Below are positions 25,160-38,672 of a DNA stretch of 64,000 nt, in pieces. The notes beneath the pieces were generated by a model, which had not been told where the DNA came from, did not search any database, and worked only from the letters and a program-made list of their open reading frames with translations. The DNA comes from Mobula hypostoma (Eukaryota), in assembly GCF_963921235.1 (NCBI RefSeq), contig NC_086109.1, positions 19,284,001 to 19,348,000 on the forward strand, read 5' to 3'. Position 1 is the first letter of the stretch. Every line of letters starts with the position of its first letter. A program made the translations under genes and the position numbers.

Positions 25160-25729
25160 GTACACTAACTTTGTTATCTCCTGTACCTAATTAAGTGATC
25201 ACAGAGTGTATGTTTGTGGTCTTCTGCTGCTGTAGCCTATCTACTTCAAGGTTCGACGTAGTGCATTCAGGGATGCTCTTCTGCACACCACTGTTGTCGT
25301 GCATGGTTGTTTGAGCTACCGTCACCTTCCTGTCAGCTTGAACCAGTCTGGCCATTCTCCTCTGACCTCTCATTAACAAGGCATTTTCAGCCACGGAACT
25401 GTCGCTCTCTGGGTTTTGTTTTTTGTTTTTCAGTTTTTTACACCGTTCTCTGTAAACTCTGGAGACTGCTGTGTGTGAAAATCCCACAAGATCAGCAGTT
25501 TCTGAAATACTCAAACCACCCCATTTGGCACCAAAGATCATTCCAGAGTCAAAGCTTCTTAGATCATATTTTTATTTCCCATTCTGATGCTTAGCCTGAG
25601 CAACAACTGAACCTCTCGACCATGTCTGCATTCTTTGATGTATTTATTTGCTGCTGCATGATTGGCTGATTACACATTTGCATCAACAAGCAGATTTACG
25701 TGTGTATCTAATAGAGTGGCCACTGAGTA
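25160..25729 (-). mobile_element. Non-autonomous Tc1-like derivative retaining only the transposase N-terminus
   Basis: ORF 25191-25541 (GLSISETADLVGFSHTAVSRVYRE..RMARLVQADRK, paired-like HTH); TIR-like gtatctaatagagtggccactgagta at the right end with a same-orientation copy at 25185-25210. Confidence 0.75.
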
Positions 25730-28700
25730 CATTATGAGATGCTGTACAGTTTCCTCCTAAAATGGGGGAAAAATAATTTCATCAGTTTTTGTGGAATGCT
25801 ATGGGAAATATCTTTAATCAGCAATAACATTATTAGGAGCAACAGACCCACTAAGCATCAATCTTCTGGCAGGAAAGCCTGGGAAAGTACTGTTGTACAT
25901 CACTGGTTGTCTCCTGGGGTCCTTCTGTTTACTCGCCACCTGTCCAAATAAACCGTTCACTGAAAGTAAGCTCAGTGGGAAGTTGTCGATCACCTCAGAG
26001 AGACAAGATGTTTTTATCCGTGCCAGCCAGAGTCCCAGGATGCCAAATATTCTTCCGGCTTTTAGAATCTTCAAGTTGCATGTGACAGACTATCAATGCA
26101 GCACCAGATCTGACTATTGTTCTCCCCATGTGAGCTTGAAGATTAATCCACCCCAAGTTACCACTGAATCTGTTTCCACTACCATATCAGGCAGCACATC
26201 CCAAATCACAACTCACATCTCCCCTCCTGATCTGTCAGGTTGTAATCACTAATCAGCCCTACTGGCAGAGGAATGATTTCTTCTTATCTACTTTTATCTA
26301 AAGTTGGCATAATTGAATCCTTCTGCTACATCACCCAGTAACCTTCTCTGCTTTCTTCATTGTCACCTTAATTTCCAATTTCGTATTACCATCAGGGTTT
26401 GAAGTTCATAGCAAGATTTGACCTAAAATGAGAAAGCACAAAGGTGATTAACAATCTGAATTAATTTCTATGTAGAGCCAGGGAGGCTATTACCTCTGAG
26501 CCAATTGATGCTGGGAAATGGTTCCTTGTTCTGAATGGCTGAGCTAAAATGAACCGGACACCCTTCCCTAATCTGCATTCATCCTGCGTTCAGAAGTTCG
26601 ATCCTGTCTGCATTAATGATACACTTCATGATTCAGAAAAATGGCTTCATGTCACCCGTTGATCTCTGGATCTTTTCTGTCACCTCTCCTTCAGTGAAAA
26701 GGAGGAATGAAGGTCCTCAGCCTCTTGTTTGCCCTGTCAGTCCTGACCTTCTCCTTTTCCACTGGGCCTACCTTAATTGAGGAAGTTGGAGGGAGATTGT
26801 TATTCACTTCTAAAGTTACTGAAAAATTCAAAAAAATGTTCCTTTTTCAGGATGTTGGAAGTTATGCCTTTTTCTAGCTCAATGCATTTTTAATGATTGA
26901 ATGTGTATGAACGGTATGCAAGGAAAGCTTTTCACTGTATCTTGGCACATGTGGCAACAAGCCAATACAATGCACTCTGGGCACTGCCAGCTGCCCTTCC
27001 TTCATTAGCCTGGGAGGTTGATCAAGAGCTTTCAACACTAAACGATGGCTTTTTACTATTGTTAAGCTACTTTGACGTCACAGAGCAGTACTTGGAGGTA
27101 TGTAATGGCCGTATCTAGTACAGCAATGTCTCAAAGGTCATCACATGCACATTCAGTTCTTAAAGATGCAATCACCCTTACATACACCACAACCTGTTAT
27201 CTAATTCTACTTAATTTTATCCTGAATTTAGGTCAAGAAAGCGAAGTTATCAGTTTTTGGAAAATGCTATGGGAAGGTAAATTTAATCAGCGAAACATAC
27301 CGTATTTAATATATTTCATCTGCAGGAGTTAAGACTGAAGTCATTGTAAAGCAGAGTGAATATAGACAGGGTTTTTTTCCTTAAAGACGTGTTGCTGGAG
27401 CATTTTACAACCTACAAGCTTGATGGCAGTTTTTACTTGCACCATATTTACTTTTGCAGATTTTCTAAGCTTAATACATATTCTAATAAAATAATTACAT
27501 ATTATAATAATATAGTAAGTGTCATATTCTCTGGATTATTAGTCCAATAGCAAAGAAAATAAAGCAATCTGTCATTTGTGCCTGTGGCAACTCTCTGAAA
27601 GAGTCTCACTCCTTGATTCATTCACCTTAGTCCTTCTCAACAACACATACTGCACACAACACTCTTCAACCATTGCAAAAGACTATAAGACTACAGTAAG
27701 GTAATGGCTCTGGCACATTTGAGAAAATTTCTTCCCCACTGATGTGCAACTTCCGCCCTACATGTTGTATTGGAGCAGTGTGTGTAGATCAGGAAGCACC
27801 TTACCGGACTGTTCACTGTTGCTCCCTGAGAACAGGGATGTGTATCTCCATTCTTCGACTTCTCCTTCATCAAAAACAAACAAATTGAAATTTAAAAAAA
27901 TTTCTCCATTCTAGTTCAAACATTTTTGCTTATCCCAATCATATTGAAGTGAAAAACAATGAAACATATTAAAACTGAAATAAAGTGAAAAGTTAAAATA
28001 TATCAATGGAACTATGTATATACAGTCCATTCTCAGATTCTCATGGAAACCACCATAAAATTCCACTTGGTATAAAAAAATTAAAAAGCAAAAAAAAATT
28101 GCAAGTGTTTGAATCTAAAAGGCAAGCAAAAAATTGTTAGAAACACTCAGAAGTTCAGGCAGTATCTGTGAAGGGAGAAACAAAGTTAACACTTCCATGT
28201 TGATGATCTTTCTTTCTCTTTGGTTGCTGCCTGACCTGCAGACCATTTCAAAAACTTTCTACTTTTAACTTAAATTTGCATAAAACCTTGATTAGAATAC
28301 ATTTGGTGCACACTCAGCCAGGCTTTGATTTCCAGATTTCTGATCAAAGTTTGGGTTCAATCTTCGGTATCATAGCCTAGCCGATGGGGAGGGGGTACGC
28401 TGAACTCTATGCTCAAAGTCCTGGCATGCCGACTCGGGCCTCCTCATGCCTCCTGCTTGGATGGACATCCAATCCCAGGAACCACCAGCTTGCAACAGCC
28501 CGACCATTCACGGATACCCACCGTTGCTCGTCCGCATCACTAGCCTTTGAACGCAGAGCAGGGCAGCAATGCCCACATCGCTGGAGCTGGCACATCTTCA
28601 GAGGCTTCCATGATGCTGTCACTGGTGTGAACTAGAGCCTGACTCCTGTGTTAACATTTAACCCAACACCTCAACAGTACCAGAAATAAGATGAGGAGGC

Positions 28701-29949
28701 TCTATTTTGATTCAGTAAGTTGTTCTGATCTGGGGCACGGTCTCTGAAAGGGCAGTAGAAGTAGATTCAATAATATGCTTCAAAAGAAAATTGTCAAATA
28801 TAATACTCGAATTGGTGAAATCCAGGGGAAAGTGGACTGATTCAAAATCTCTTTCAAGAGCTAGTTACAAAATGGGTCAATAAATGTCTCATTTTATGTT
28901 AAAAGAGGCAGCCAAACTATACCCATACAGTACATCCTCAGATTCCCATGGAAACCTCTGAAACTCCTCCTTGAGTAAAAGACATAAAAGCGAGAGATCT
29001 TACAAGAGGGGAAATCAGGCTGATAAATAGTAAGTGTCATTAGCTGGTTCTATTCAGGAAGGCAATTGCCTTGAAAGCTCAAAAATAATGCTATAAAATA
29101 TAATTCAGTTCCGACAAAAGAAAATGTCTTTGAACTAGGTCCAAATCTATCATTTCTGAAACCCAGAATAATTATCAATTTTCTCTTGACTGTGTTTTCT
29201 TGCAGCTTGTTAGGAAGATGGGGTCAGGCATAATTTGTAAAGTTCCCTGTAATGGTCTGAGATACAACAGTATAAATTTTCATGTTAACATCTGACACTA
29301 GACTTATAGATTCATAGTTCCAACATTCAAGTGCAAATTCAATGCTTAATTTATCTCAACTGAGAGCTCAGCTTTAGAGATTCATGACCCTGTCTCTGAC
29401 CTGAAGGTCTTTCTTACTTTTATTGCTGAATATACCCTTTAAATGCCTACTGAATCAACATAGGGACTGGTCTTACCTCTTAGGCAGATGAACCGTGGCT
29501 GGCTTAATCAAACATTTAACATACAATGGCCAATAATACACCATTTATCGGAAAAATATTGTTCAAATGAAGGAGACCACATTTTCTGGAGTGATACAGG
29601 CCTTGATTTTATGTTGCATTGATTTAAATATATTAAGTGTTTATATGATAATATTCATATAATGTAATTTCACAGCCATTAATCACACCAATGTTCTTGA
29701 ACTAAAAACCAAGCTGAATAGTCTCTGCTTTGAATATCCAGCCTGCATAACTTGTGTCTGTATTGCCATGACCAGAGTTCTCTCCCGTATTGCTGGTAAC
29801 CTGAACACACTGATAAGCAGAAGGAGATGTCTGTAACCATATCACATCCTTTACTCTCCTCTTCAAGTTCATTGATACAATATTCATCAGATGGCTATTA
29901 TTTGCCAAAATCAAGGCATATAAATCAGAAATCGTATCCAATGACTCTG

Positions 29950-30410
29950 TAATCAGAATCAGGTTTATTTAGCACTGATTTATGTTATGATATTAGTTGG
30001 CAAGTCAAAAAATTACTCTGTTGCAATAATATGTAAGTGGATGGATGGATAGATGATAAAAAGATAGGTGGATTGATGGATGGATAGATGGACAGATGGA
30101 TGGAAGGATAGATAGATAGAAAGACAGATAAATAGATAGCTAGAGGGATAGATGGATAGATAGATAAACAGAGGACAGATGGCTAGTTGGATAAGTAGAT
30201 AGATAGATAGACAGAGCAAAAGAGGAATAACAAGGTAGTGTTCATGGATTCATTGACCATTTAGAAATCTAACAGCTTAGAGGAAGAAGCTGCTCCAAAA
30301 ACACAAAGTGTGGGTCTTTAGGTTTCTGGAACTCCTCCCTGATGGTAGTAATGAGAAGAAGGGATGTCCCAGATGATGAGTGTCCTTAATGATGGATGTG
30401 TCCTCTTTCT
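29950..30410 (-). mobile_element. Rex1-type LINE 3' fragment
   Basis: aatcagaatcagg tail; gaagaagctg..cctgatggtagtaatgagaaga matches 2030-2140. Confidence 0.65.
30040..30215. repeat. Imperfect (GATA/GGAT)n microsatellite
   Basis: gatggatggatagat...gatagatagatagac. Confidence 0.9.
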
Positions 30411-30864
30411 TCCTTATATATATATGCCTATGCTTAGCTTGAACCTGAAGGCAGAACAGTTCTGCCACATCCATGGCAAGTCTAAACACTGAAATTTGTC
30501 TTCAAAAATTATAAACTCAGATTAGACCATGGTGAACCTTAGGAAAGAAATGCAATATATTGAGAAGGGAGAGGGTGCAGAAAAGATTTACTAGATTTTT
30601 CCTTCAATGAGGATTTCAGATGCAAGTTTAATCTACAGATAACACAATTAGATGAAAGATGTACTTCTTAGTAGGAGTTCATGGACTTGAAGGCAGTGAT
30701 TGAATTTAGACCATGTGAGGAATCCACAATTATGATCTAGGAACTACTCCTGTAAGGGTGGCAGTAAAAGAGAGAATCTAATCTTTTAAATATTAATTAG
30801 ATAAGGTTTCAGGAAAATAATTTGAAGGGCTATGAGAAAAGAGCTGGGGAATGACACTAAAAAG

Positions 30865-31030
30865 ACGCACAAAATGCTGGAGGAACTTAGCAAGTCAGGC
30901 AACATCTATGGAGGGGAGCAAAGAGTTGTCATTTTGAGCTGAGACCCTCCATCACAACTAGAAAAGGAGGGGGCAGAAGCCGGAGTGTGTGTTGCTCAAG
31001 ATTTCCAACATCTGCAGAATCTCTTGTATT
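30865..31030. repeat. Penelope terminal-repeat remnant (minus arm joined to a short plus arm)
   Basis: cacaaaatgctggaggaacttagcaagtcaggcaacatctatgg then gtgtgttgctcaagatttccaacatctgcag. Confidence 0.6.
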
Positions 31031-31289
31031 TATGAAATTGACAAGATAGTTCCACAAAGAACTGACATTGACTTGATGAGCAGAATGGCTTCCTTTGGAA
31101 AAATTCTTCGGAAGAGTTATTTGGTCATTAACACTGAGAAGAAAGATCCCAACAGAATGGCAACATTGGTCCTGGTTCCCCCTATCCTATTTTCCCTTAG
31201 CCCTACATTCTTATATGTCCATCAATTCACCTTTGCTTCATTCACTGCCAAAAGCCTGTGCCTTCTTATTTTTCTTATATTTTACTGAG

Positions 31290-31525
31290 AAATACAGCAG
31301 AGTAACAGGCCCTTCATGTTGGACAAGTTCATGCTGCCTAATTTCACCCGCATGACTAAATAACATCTTTGGGATGTGGGAGCAAACCTGATTAACTGGA
31401 GGAAACTCACATGGGCATGGTGGAGAACGTACAAACTCCTTACAGACAGCAGTGGAAATCGAACCGAGGACATTAGCACTGTAATGGCGTTACACTAGCC
31501 GATACACTACCATACCACCCCACCG
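31290..31525 (-). mobile_element. V-SINE/HE1-type SINE
   Basis: tttgggatgtgggagcaaacc...ggagaacgtacaaactccttacagacagc...aatcgaacc. Confidence 0.7.
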
Positions 31526-32384
31526 TTCAGAATTCACCACGGCTGAAGTGTCGATCAGCACACCCAAGCCTCCGGGGCATCTTCCGGGCTTGGGAAGAAA
31601 ATGAAGACCATGACAATCACAAGGAAAACATACCAGCTCCTCATGAGCAGCATTGGAGGTTCGGATGAAAGCACATTCCTGGAGATATGAGGCAGCTATA
31701 CCAACCCCGTTGTCTGAGCATCTCTGTTCTATGCTATAAATATTCATCCTCTGTTGGGGTTTTGCATCCTCATTTTGAACTCCACTTCTAAATTCACCTC
31801 CATTGATCTAGTGGTAATTTTGCTTGGCTTGACGGTGCCCATACCACTCATTCAGTGGAAGACTTGCCTGTCTAAATAGGTTTATGTAGAAGCAGCCCCT
31901 CATCTGGATCAGTGCCTTTCATCTGCTTGGGAACGGATGCTGAGTAGTCATAACTCTGTTTAAATGCAGTGAAAATATTGCAAGGACATGCACAGATATG
32001 ATTAGAGATGGAAGAGCCATCTTCCATTTCTCCTCTCCTTAGCTCTATCCCAGACTGCTGCTGAAATTCTCACTGAATGTCTTAACTCTGGTGAAGTTGT
32101 CAGTTTAACGATGATCGTGTGCCTTTTTTTAAAACCCAAGTTAGCCTTAATGTGAATGTGAATAAGCAGTATGCCTCTCCCTCTGGAGACAACTGTTGCC
32201 GTGCATATTTTCAGACAGGTGGGAGGGCAATACTTTCAGGCAAGCTTCAGGTCAGTCGGTTGGTCTCTCAATTCCCATGTGAATGTGTTGCTTAGATTTT
32301 AAATATCTAAAGGTAGATATAATTGCTGGAACCATTGTAGCAGCACGTCGAAGAGTGTAAGGGAGTAAAAAACCTGGCACTGTT

Positions 32385-33090
32385 CTGTACTGTTAGTTAC
32401 AACTCTCACTAATCTGCAGAAATTTTTTTGCGTGTGTGTGGCGGGGAGTTGGATGTTCTTGTTGCTATTTGCGTAACTTCTTTTGTACAGGAGGGGCTTT
32501 TGGGCTGGGTGGCACCTGGATTTGGGTCCTTGGACATAGGACTAATCGGTGCTTGGGCAATTTAAATGCTGGAACCGATAGACTGGGGACAGAGGCGAGG
32601 GTGGGGCTGATTTCGCTCACTGTCTTGCAAGTGTTCATTGGCAGTGCCGAGGCAGTGAACTGATTTGACTGCTGTGCGTTTCTGCCCTGCTGGTATGAAA
32701 ACTGGGGACCAAGGCTTGCGGCCTACCCCGGCTGCTCTGGGAGCACGTTTGCAACGCAGTCTGGTTCAGGATGCTAGTGGCTTGTTTCTATTGTTTGCAT
32801 GATGTGTGTGTGTTTCTTTTTCTCTCTGCACAGTTGTTTTTGGTATTTTTTAATTGGGTTATTCGGATCTCTTGCTTTGTGGTTGTCTGTAAGCAGACAA
32901 ATTTCAAGATGCATAATTTATGCATTCTTTGATAATAAATATGCTTTGAATCTTTGAATCTTGAATATTTATGTTTTTCTTTTGAATGGGTTCCATGGTT
33001 TTCTTTGTCTCATGGCTGACTGGAGAAGACAAACTTCAGAGTTGTATAGTGTATACATACTTTGATAATAAATGCACTTTGAACCTTGTT
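32385..33090 (+). repeat. Two consecutive LINE/SINE 3' tails
   Basis: Each ends tttgataataaat...tttgaa, the same tail as at 44835-44868 and 50810-50832. Confidence 0.5.
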
Positions 33091-33504
33091 TGCATTTTGT
33101 TAATTGGTGGTCATCATCACAAGAAAAGACAAATTGCAGGGTAAAGCTTTACAATGCCTCCAGGAATGGTTCTTCCACCTGATATCATGAACAAGCTAAT
33201 CCACGTTCCTACCTTATCCTCATATAGTCTGATGTCTAGAATTTAATCCGTCTTGAATATACTCACTGTTCTACATTGTCAGACTTCTCCAGCGCAGAGA
33301 ATTATAGCCCTATGAGTGAAGAAAACATCTCCTGCTCTTAATCCTAAATGGCCTAACCTTTATCCTGTAACCATGCTTTCTGGAGTGGGTTCCCCTCTCA
33401 GTAGCAGTTCTCTGCCCTTCTGAGTTGCTTAACTTTCCCTTTCATTCCCTCTCATTCTCTTAGACTCCAATATTTAATCTCTACAGGAGTTTTCATATTT
33501 ATAA

Positions 33505-33775
33505 AGATTAGCTTTTTTTGTCACATTTACATCAAAAAATCAAAATATAGAGGAAAATATGTCATTTTTTGTCACAAATGTGGAAGAGTGTCCATGTTTC
33601 TGGTGCTAATGTAGCATGCCAAAAATTTACTAACCATAACCTGTATATCTTTGGGAAATGGGAGAAGACTGGAGCACCTGGAGGAATCCATACAGCCATG
33701 TGGAGAGCATACAAACTCCTTACAAACAATGGTGAGAATTGAACTTCAATCACTGATTGTTATGCTACTGTACCA
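33505..33775 (-). mobile_element. V-SINE/HE1-type SINE
   Basis: ctttgggaaatgggagaagactggagcacctggagg...ggagagcatacaaactccttac. Confidence 0.65.
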
Positions 33776-35414
33776 CATTCTTTCCATCTTTTGTTTTGCA
33801 CCCTGGAAGTCCATTGAGTGTTGTGGAATTAAACAGAGTGGCCTTTTGACCCTGTTGCAATGTCACATAGTCATGGGCTCAGTTTGCCTTTTTCCCCATG
33901 CGATTGTCTTTAAAAGTTCTGTCGTAGCTCAGCTACTTTTGCATTCAGTGCACAGAGAAACAAAGCTGGTTTGGGGGGACAACATGAGGAGAAACACAGG
34001 CTTTAATGACCTTATCACCAAAACTCCATTAAAGCAGAACTTCAAAGTATTTGAAGCTTTGTTGCAGCCCTAATGCGATTTTATAATTAAGCGCCCATGG
34101 AAACTGGTGGTTCCTTCTGATAACTTCTCCACAAATTCCCTCATGGACTGAATTCTTAGGTAAATGAGATTTTCCCATCAATGAGCAGAGTTATATTTAT
34201 ACAGCCTGCTTGGCATTGTAAAATGTCAGGAGAATATAATTACGTCTAGAAATTGGATCAGATAGCACTGTATATTTCAGCGCGGTGTAATTCAAAAATC
34301 AATGTAACCCAGAGTAAATTGCATTGACGACCTTTTCTGGGTGAAACCGTGCCAGTCATGCAATTGGATGGTGTACTTCAAGGTGGGAACTCAACATCAT
34401 GCTTGACATTTTCCCAGTATCAGGGACAGGCCAATTCACTTCAGTCTGACTGTGACACATGTTTGGAATCTTCCTGACATATATCGAAGCTTCCGGTTCC
34501 AGAGAACGATTGGCATCTGGCAACTATTTTTAAAAAATCCTCTGAGTTCTGTTTAGGTACCATTTAAAGGTTCTTGTGACGCACAACAGGACATTTCACA
34601 AGGTGGCATGAAACTTAATGGAGACTGCTCACACCACTCCCAAAGCGTCCAGATCGTTACTCAAATCAGCTGGCATTGTGGAGAACTGAACAAATTGATT
34701 TCAAGACTTCTTCTGTGGTGCCACTCTACATTCTTCCAACCCGGTGGGTTCAGATCCTTTGTCCAAATCCTGTTCCTAGCAGCTTCTATCTCAGTGGAGT
34801 GAATGAAGTGAATAGTTTCCTTGTAACAAATGTATGGATCTTGACCAATCATTTTGACCAATCACATTAAGGCAGTACAGGTGAGTAGAGGTGTGAAGGG
34901 ACATGACTGGAAGCAAGTGACGGATTAGCCTGAATAGACTCTACTTCGTAGCGTAGCATCCATCATGCTGTAAACTTGCCGTATGCAGTGCCCATGATAT
35001 TGTTTTGTGATTCCACCATTGTAAATGGGCTCATCCTTTTAATATGTTTCCCATTCACTAACAATTCTATGTCTTTCTTAGAGAAAATGAATGCTCCCTC
35101 ATGCCTGACGCCTCCATGGAAGCCATAACATATGCTGTTACTGCCTGGTTGTGTTGGTGAATCTCCCTTTAAAGGCTGACAACTTTTAATTAATGCAGAG
35201 CAAAATGACAGCAGCTGCAATCAATTGGGGCTCCACACAGATCATTTAATGCTGCTTTTTCTTTAGTGGATGCATTCAAACACTGTGTGAATTTGTTTCA
35301 AATTACTTTCAATATATTTTTAAAGGACACTTGATTTGGTGCTAGTGCCACACATACTCATATTTTGCTGCACCAAAAAGAAGTGAAATCCGATAGCTTG
35401 CTCACTTTTTTTAG

Positions 35415-36205
35415 AGTCAAGTACTACTACAGCACAGAAACAGACCATTTGTCCCATCTAGTTCATGCCAAACTGTTAATCTGCCCAGTTCCATCAATCT
35501 GCACCCAGACCATAGCTTTCCATACCCCTCCATAAATGCACCTTTCAAAATTTCTCATAAGCATTGAAATTCAACCCACATCCAACACTTCCACTGTACC
35601 CCAGAATCTCACCGCCATCTGAGTGAAGAAATTTCCCCTCATGTTCCCCTTAAACATTTCACCCTTCGCCCTTAACCCATGACCTCTAGTTCTAGTCTCA
35701 CCCAACCTCAGTAGAAAAGCCTGTTTGCATATACTCTATCTATACCCTTCAGAATTTTATATGCTTCAATCAAATCTCCCCTCATTCTGCTATGTTCTAG
35801 AGAATAAAGTCCTAGCCCGTTCAATCTCTCCCTATAACGCAGATCCCCAATATTCCAAATTGGGCCTAACCAACGTCTTACACAATTTCTACATAGCATC
35901 CCAATTCCTGTACTCAGTGCATAGATTTATGAAAATCAAAGTGCCAAAAGCTTTCTTTATGACCCTATCTACTTGTTATACCACTTTCAAGAAATTATGG
36001 ACCTGTATTCCCAGATCCCGCTGTTCTACTGCACTTAGCACCCTACTTCTCACCATGTAAGACCTATCCTGATTGATCCTCCCAAATTACAACACCTGAC
36101 ACTTACCTGCATTAAATTCCATCTGCCATTTTCCCAATTGATCCAGATCCCACTGGAAGCTTTGATAGTCCTCTTCACCGTCCACTACACCCCCGATCTT
36201 GGTGA
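35415..36205 (-). mobile_element. CR1 3' fragment
   Basis: YRERLNGLGLYSLEHSRMRGDLIEAYKILKGIDRV plus CR1 3' UTR. Confidence 0.85.
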
Positions 36206-37449
36206 AATCTCCTGCATTTGTTTGGTGTGGGATTTAGTTATTTTAATCAAGTGTCTGGTGTGAATCTAGTTGATGAGCACTGGCCAGTTGTTAAGGGAGG
36301 TGCAGATTCGGCCAGATTGGTGTGTATATGAATTATTGCATCACATTTCAATTAAACCAATTAATAATTTCAACTGGAAGAAAGAAATTCATGAATATAT
36401 GTAGGAATGTGTTACATGAAAATTCCAAAGGCAGCCCTTTCTCTGAAGCACTAGGCAAGTGATCCAGATTTCATTTTCCTGTTTTGGGGACTGCCTCCAG
36501 CCTGTAAACCTTCAAGTGAACTGGATTCCTTCAGCTCTGGCCACCTGCACATTCTCCATGCTCTCCACACCAACGGTGGTCAATGTCAATAAGGTATGTA
36601 CTTCATTAATTTTGGAATAAGGTCTGGGAAAGAGAAGAGATCCATAAGGTTCTTTGAACTTGCTACACCTCTCAATAGGACCTTGATCTCAACTCCATTT
36701 TCCTGCTGTATTCCCAAATAAGTTGATTCCCCTAAATTTGCTGCCTGGAACCCTCCATATCATAATTCTCCTTTGAACTCTATCATAGAAGTTTGCTGTG
36801 ACCTGCCGTTCTAATATTTCCTCCAGAGGCTTAGTCTGAATCTTTGTCTAATTGTGTCCCTGTGATCTATCTTGGGACACTTTACAAGTTTTTAAGGCAT
36901 TGCAAGCTTTCCTAATGATGAAACTCTTTGAAAATTTTTGTTTGCATGCCCAACAGGCCTGCTTTGTACCTGTGAATTCATCAGACTGCTGATGTAAACA
37001 CAGCTGGAGGTTCTGGATGTATTAAGATTACTTATATTGGCTTCTACAATGTAGATCCATAGATTTTCAATAACAGCACACTCAATTGTATTTTGTACCA
37101 GTTCCATTTCTGACATCAAAATATTTCCTTCTGGGTCTTTCCAACTAGTAATACTCAGCAGGCTGTCAGACCAAAGTGCACAGAACATTTGAAACTATAT
37201 TCCCCTCAAGTTAAGGGATATTAGACAAGTCAGACAAGGCACTTTAACCTATCATCCTAGTTCATGCAGGCAATAAGGTTATTCACTTTCCCAATCCTGA
37301 TTCAGATATGCTGATGTCTGACTGAAAGTTCACAGGTGGTCTCTGGGCTATGGTGGGGCCTTGTCTGCCACCTGCCCCATGAGCATTGATCCTGTTCACC
37401 AATGCCTTACTCTGATCCTGTTCTCCTAAGTGTCGAATGAAATAGGGCA

Positions 37450-37730
37450 GCAGACAACTCAGATCCAGAGACCCAGGTTCGATCCTGACCTTCAGAGCTC
37501 TCTCAGTAGAGTTTAAACATTCTCTCTGTGGCTGCATGGGTTTAACCCCCGTATGCCAAAGACCTGCCGCGGGTTGGTTAGTTGGCCACTGTAAAATTTC
37601 TCCCAGTGAGCTGCTGGCTGGTAGAATCTGAGAGAGGTGATGGAAATATGAGAAGACTTGAATAGGATGAGAGAATAGGATCAGAACAGATGGGTGCTTG
37701 ATAGTGGGCTGAAGGGCATGTTTCTGTACG
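37450..37730 (+). mobile_element. V-SINE/HE1-type SINE
   Basis: ccaggttcgatcctgacc B box, gtagagtttaaacattctc core, CR1-like tail gggctgaagggcatgtttctgt. Confidence 0.6.
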
Positions 37731-38371
37731 AGATGACCCTGAAATTTTGCAGAAAATTCTGTCCACCATCAATAACGTGAAACAAGCTCTGCGATAGTTG
37801 TGCTATGTTGCTCGAAGTGTCTTGAATTCAGCATTTGAGTTACTGCTAAATGAGGGTGTGAATCTCTAAGCAAAATATAATTTAGTTCCATGATATATTT
37901 TGGAAATATGATGCCTTTTTCACAATTAGCAAATGATAATTAATCCTACAAGTGTTAAATGAGATTGGATGCTTCAAAGCTCCAGGCAAGTTGAACTTAA
38001 ATAACTGAATTACATTGATTACCTGACATAAGTTGTGAGGCACTAAGAAGGTAGCTGAGAATTTGAAGCTTGAGCTGATCAATGTGACCCAACAAGGATT
38101 TGTGAAGGATAGGTCAGGAGTGACTAATCCGGCTGAGATATTCAGTGACTGCCAGCATGATGGATGAATGTAGCCTGCAGAGGTTTTTAACAGGTTTTTA
38201 GTGAGATTCTAAATTTGAATACACATTGAATTGAAAATAAAGCTGTGATGTGGGTTGGTAATTGGTTTGGAGGGGTGAGGCAAAGAAAATGGATGAAGAA
38301 CTGAGGCTGGGCATGGCTCCTGCACAGTTCTGCACTGTGATCTCAACTTTCCACCACCTTTAGGTATTTGG

Positions 38372-38672
38372 GGTACCATGGTCGTGTAGCAGTTAGCGTG
38401 ATACTATTACAGCTCGAGGCGTTGGAGTTCAGTGTTCAATCCCAACATCCTCTGTAAGGAGACTCTGTACGTCCTCCGGGTGGAACGCATGGGTTTCCTC
38501 CAAGTACTCCAGTTTTCTCCCACAACCAAAGACATACAGGGAGAGTTAACTGACCATTATAAATTGTCCAGTGATTAAGTTAGGGTTAAATCGGGGTTGT
38601 AGGGGGTTGCTGGGTGGTGTAGTTGAAGGATCATAAGGGCTTATTCAGCCCTATATCTCTAAATCAATCAAT
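38372..38672 (+). mobile_element. V-SINE/HE1-type SINE
   Basis: ggtcgtgtagcagttagcg A box, gttcaatccc B box, gggtttcctcc...ctcccacaaccaaagac core, (TCAA)n tail. Confidence 0.7.

Noticed and set aside
25800..26140. Possible very old RTE remnant on the minus strand
   Set aside because: Only faint similarity (GILGL..DK); too weak to call
28915..28940. Minus strand TGAGGATGTACTGTATGGGTATAGTT resembles the ends of let-7
   Set aside because: Seed and length differ from let-7 (TGAGGTAG...), and I see no precursor hairpin
30013..30219. 68-aa ORF rich in S, I, Y and L
   Set aside because: Translation of the GATA microsatellite
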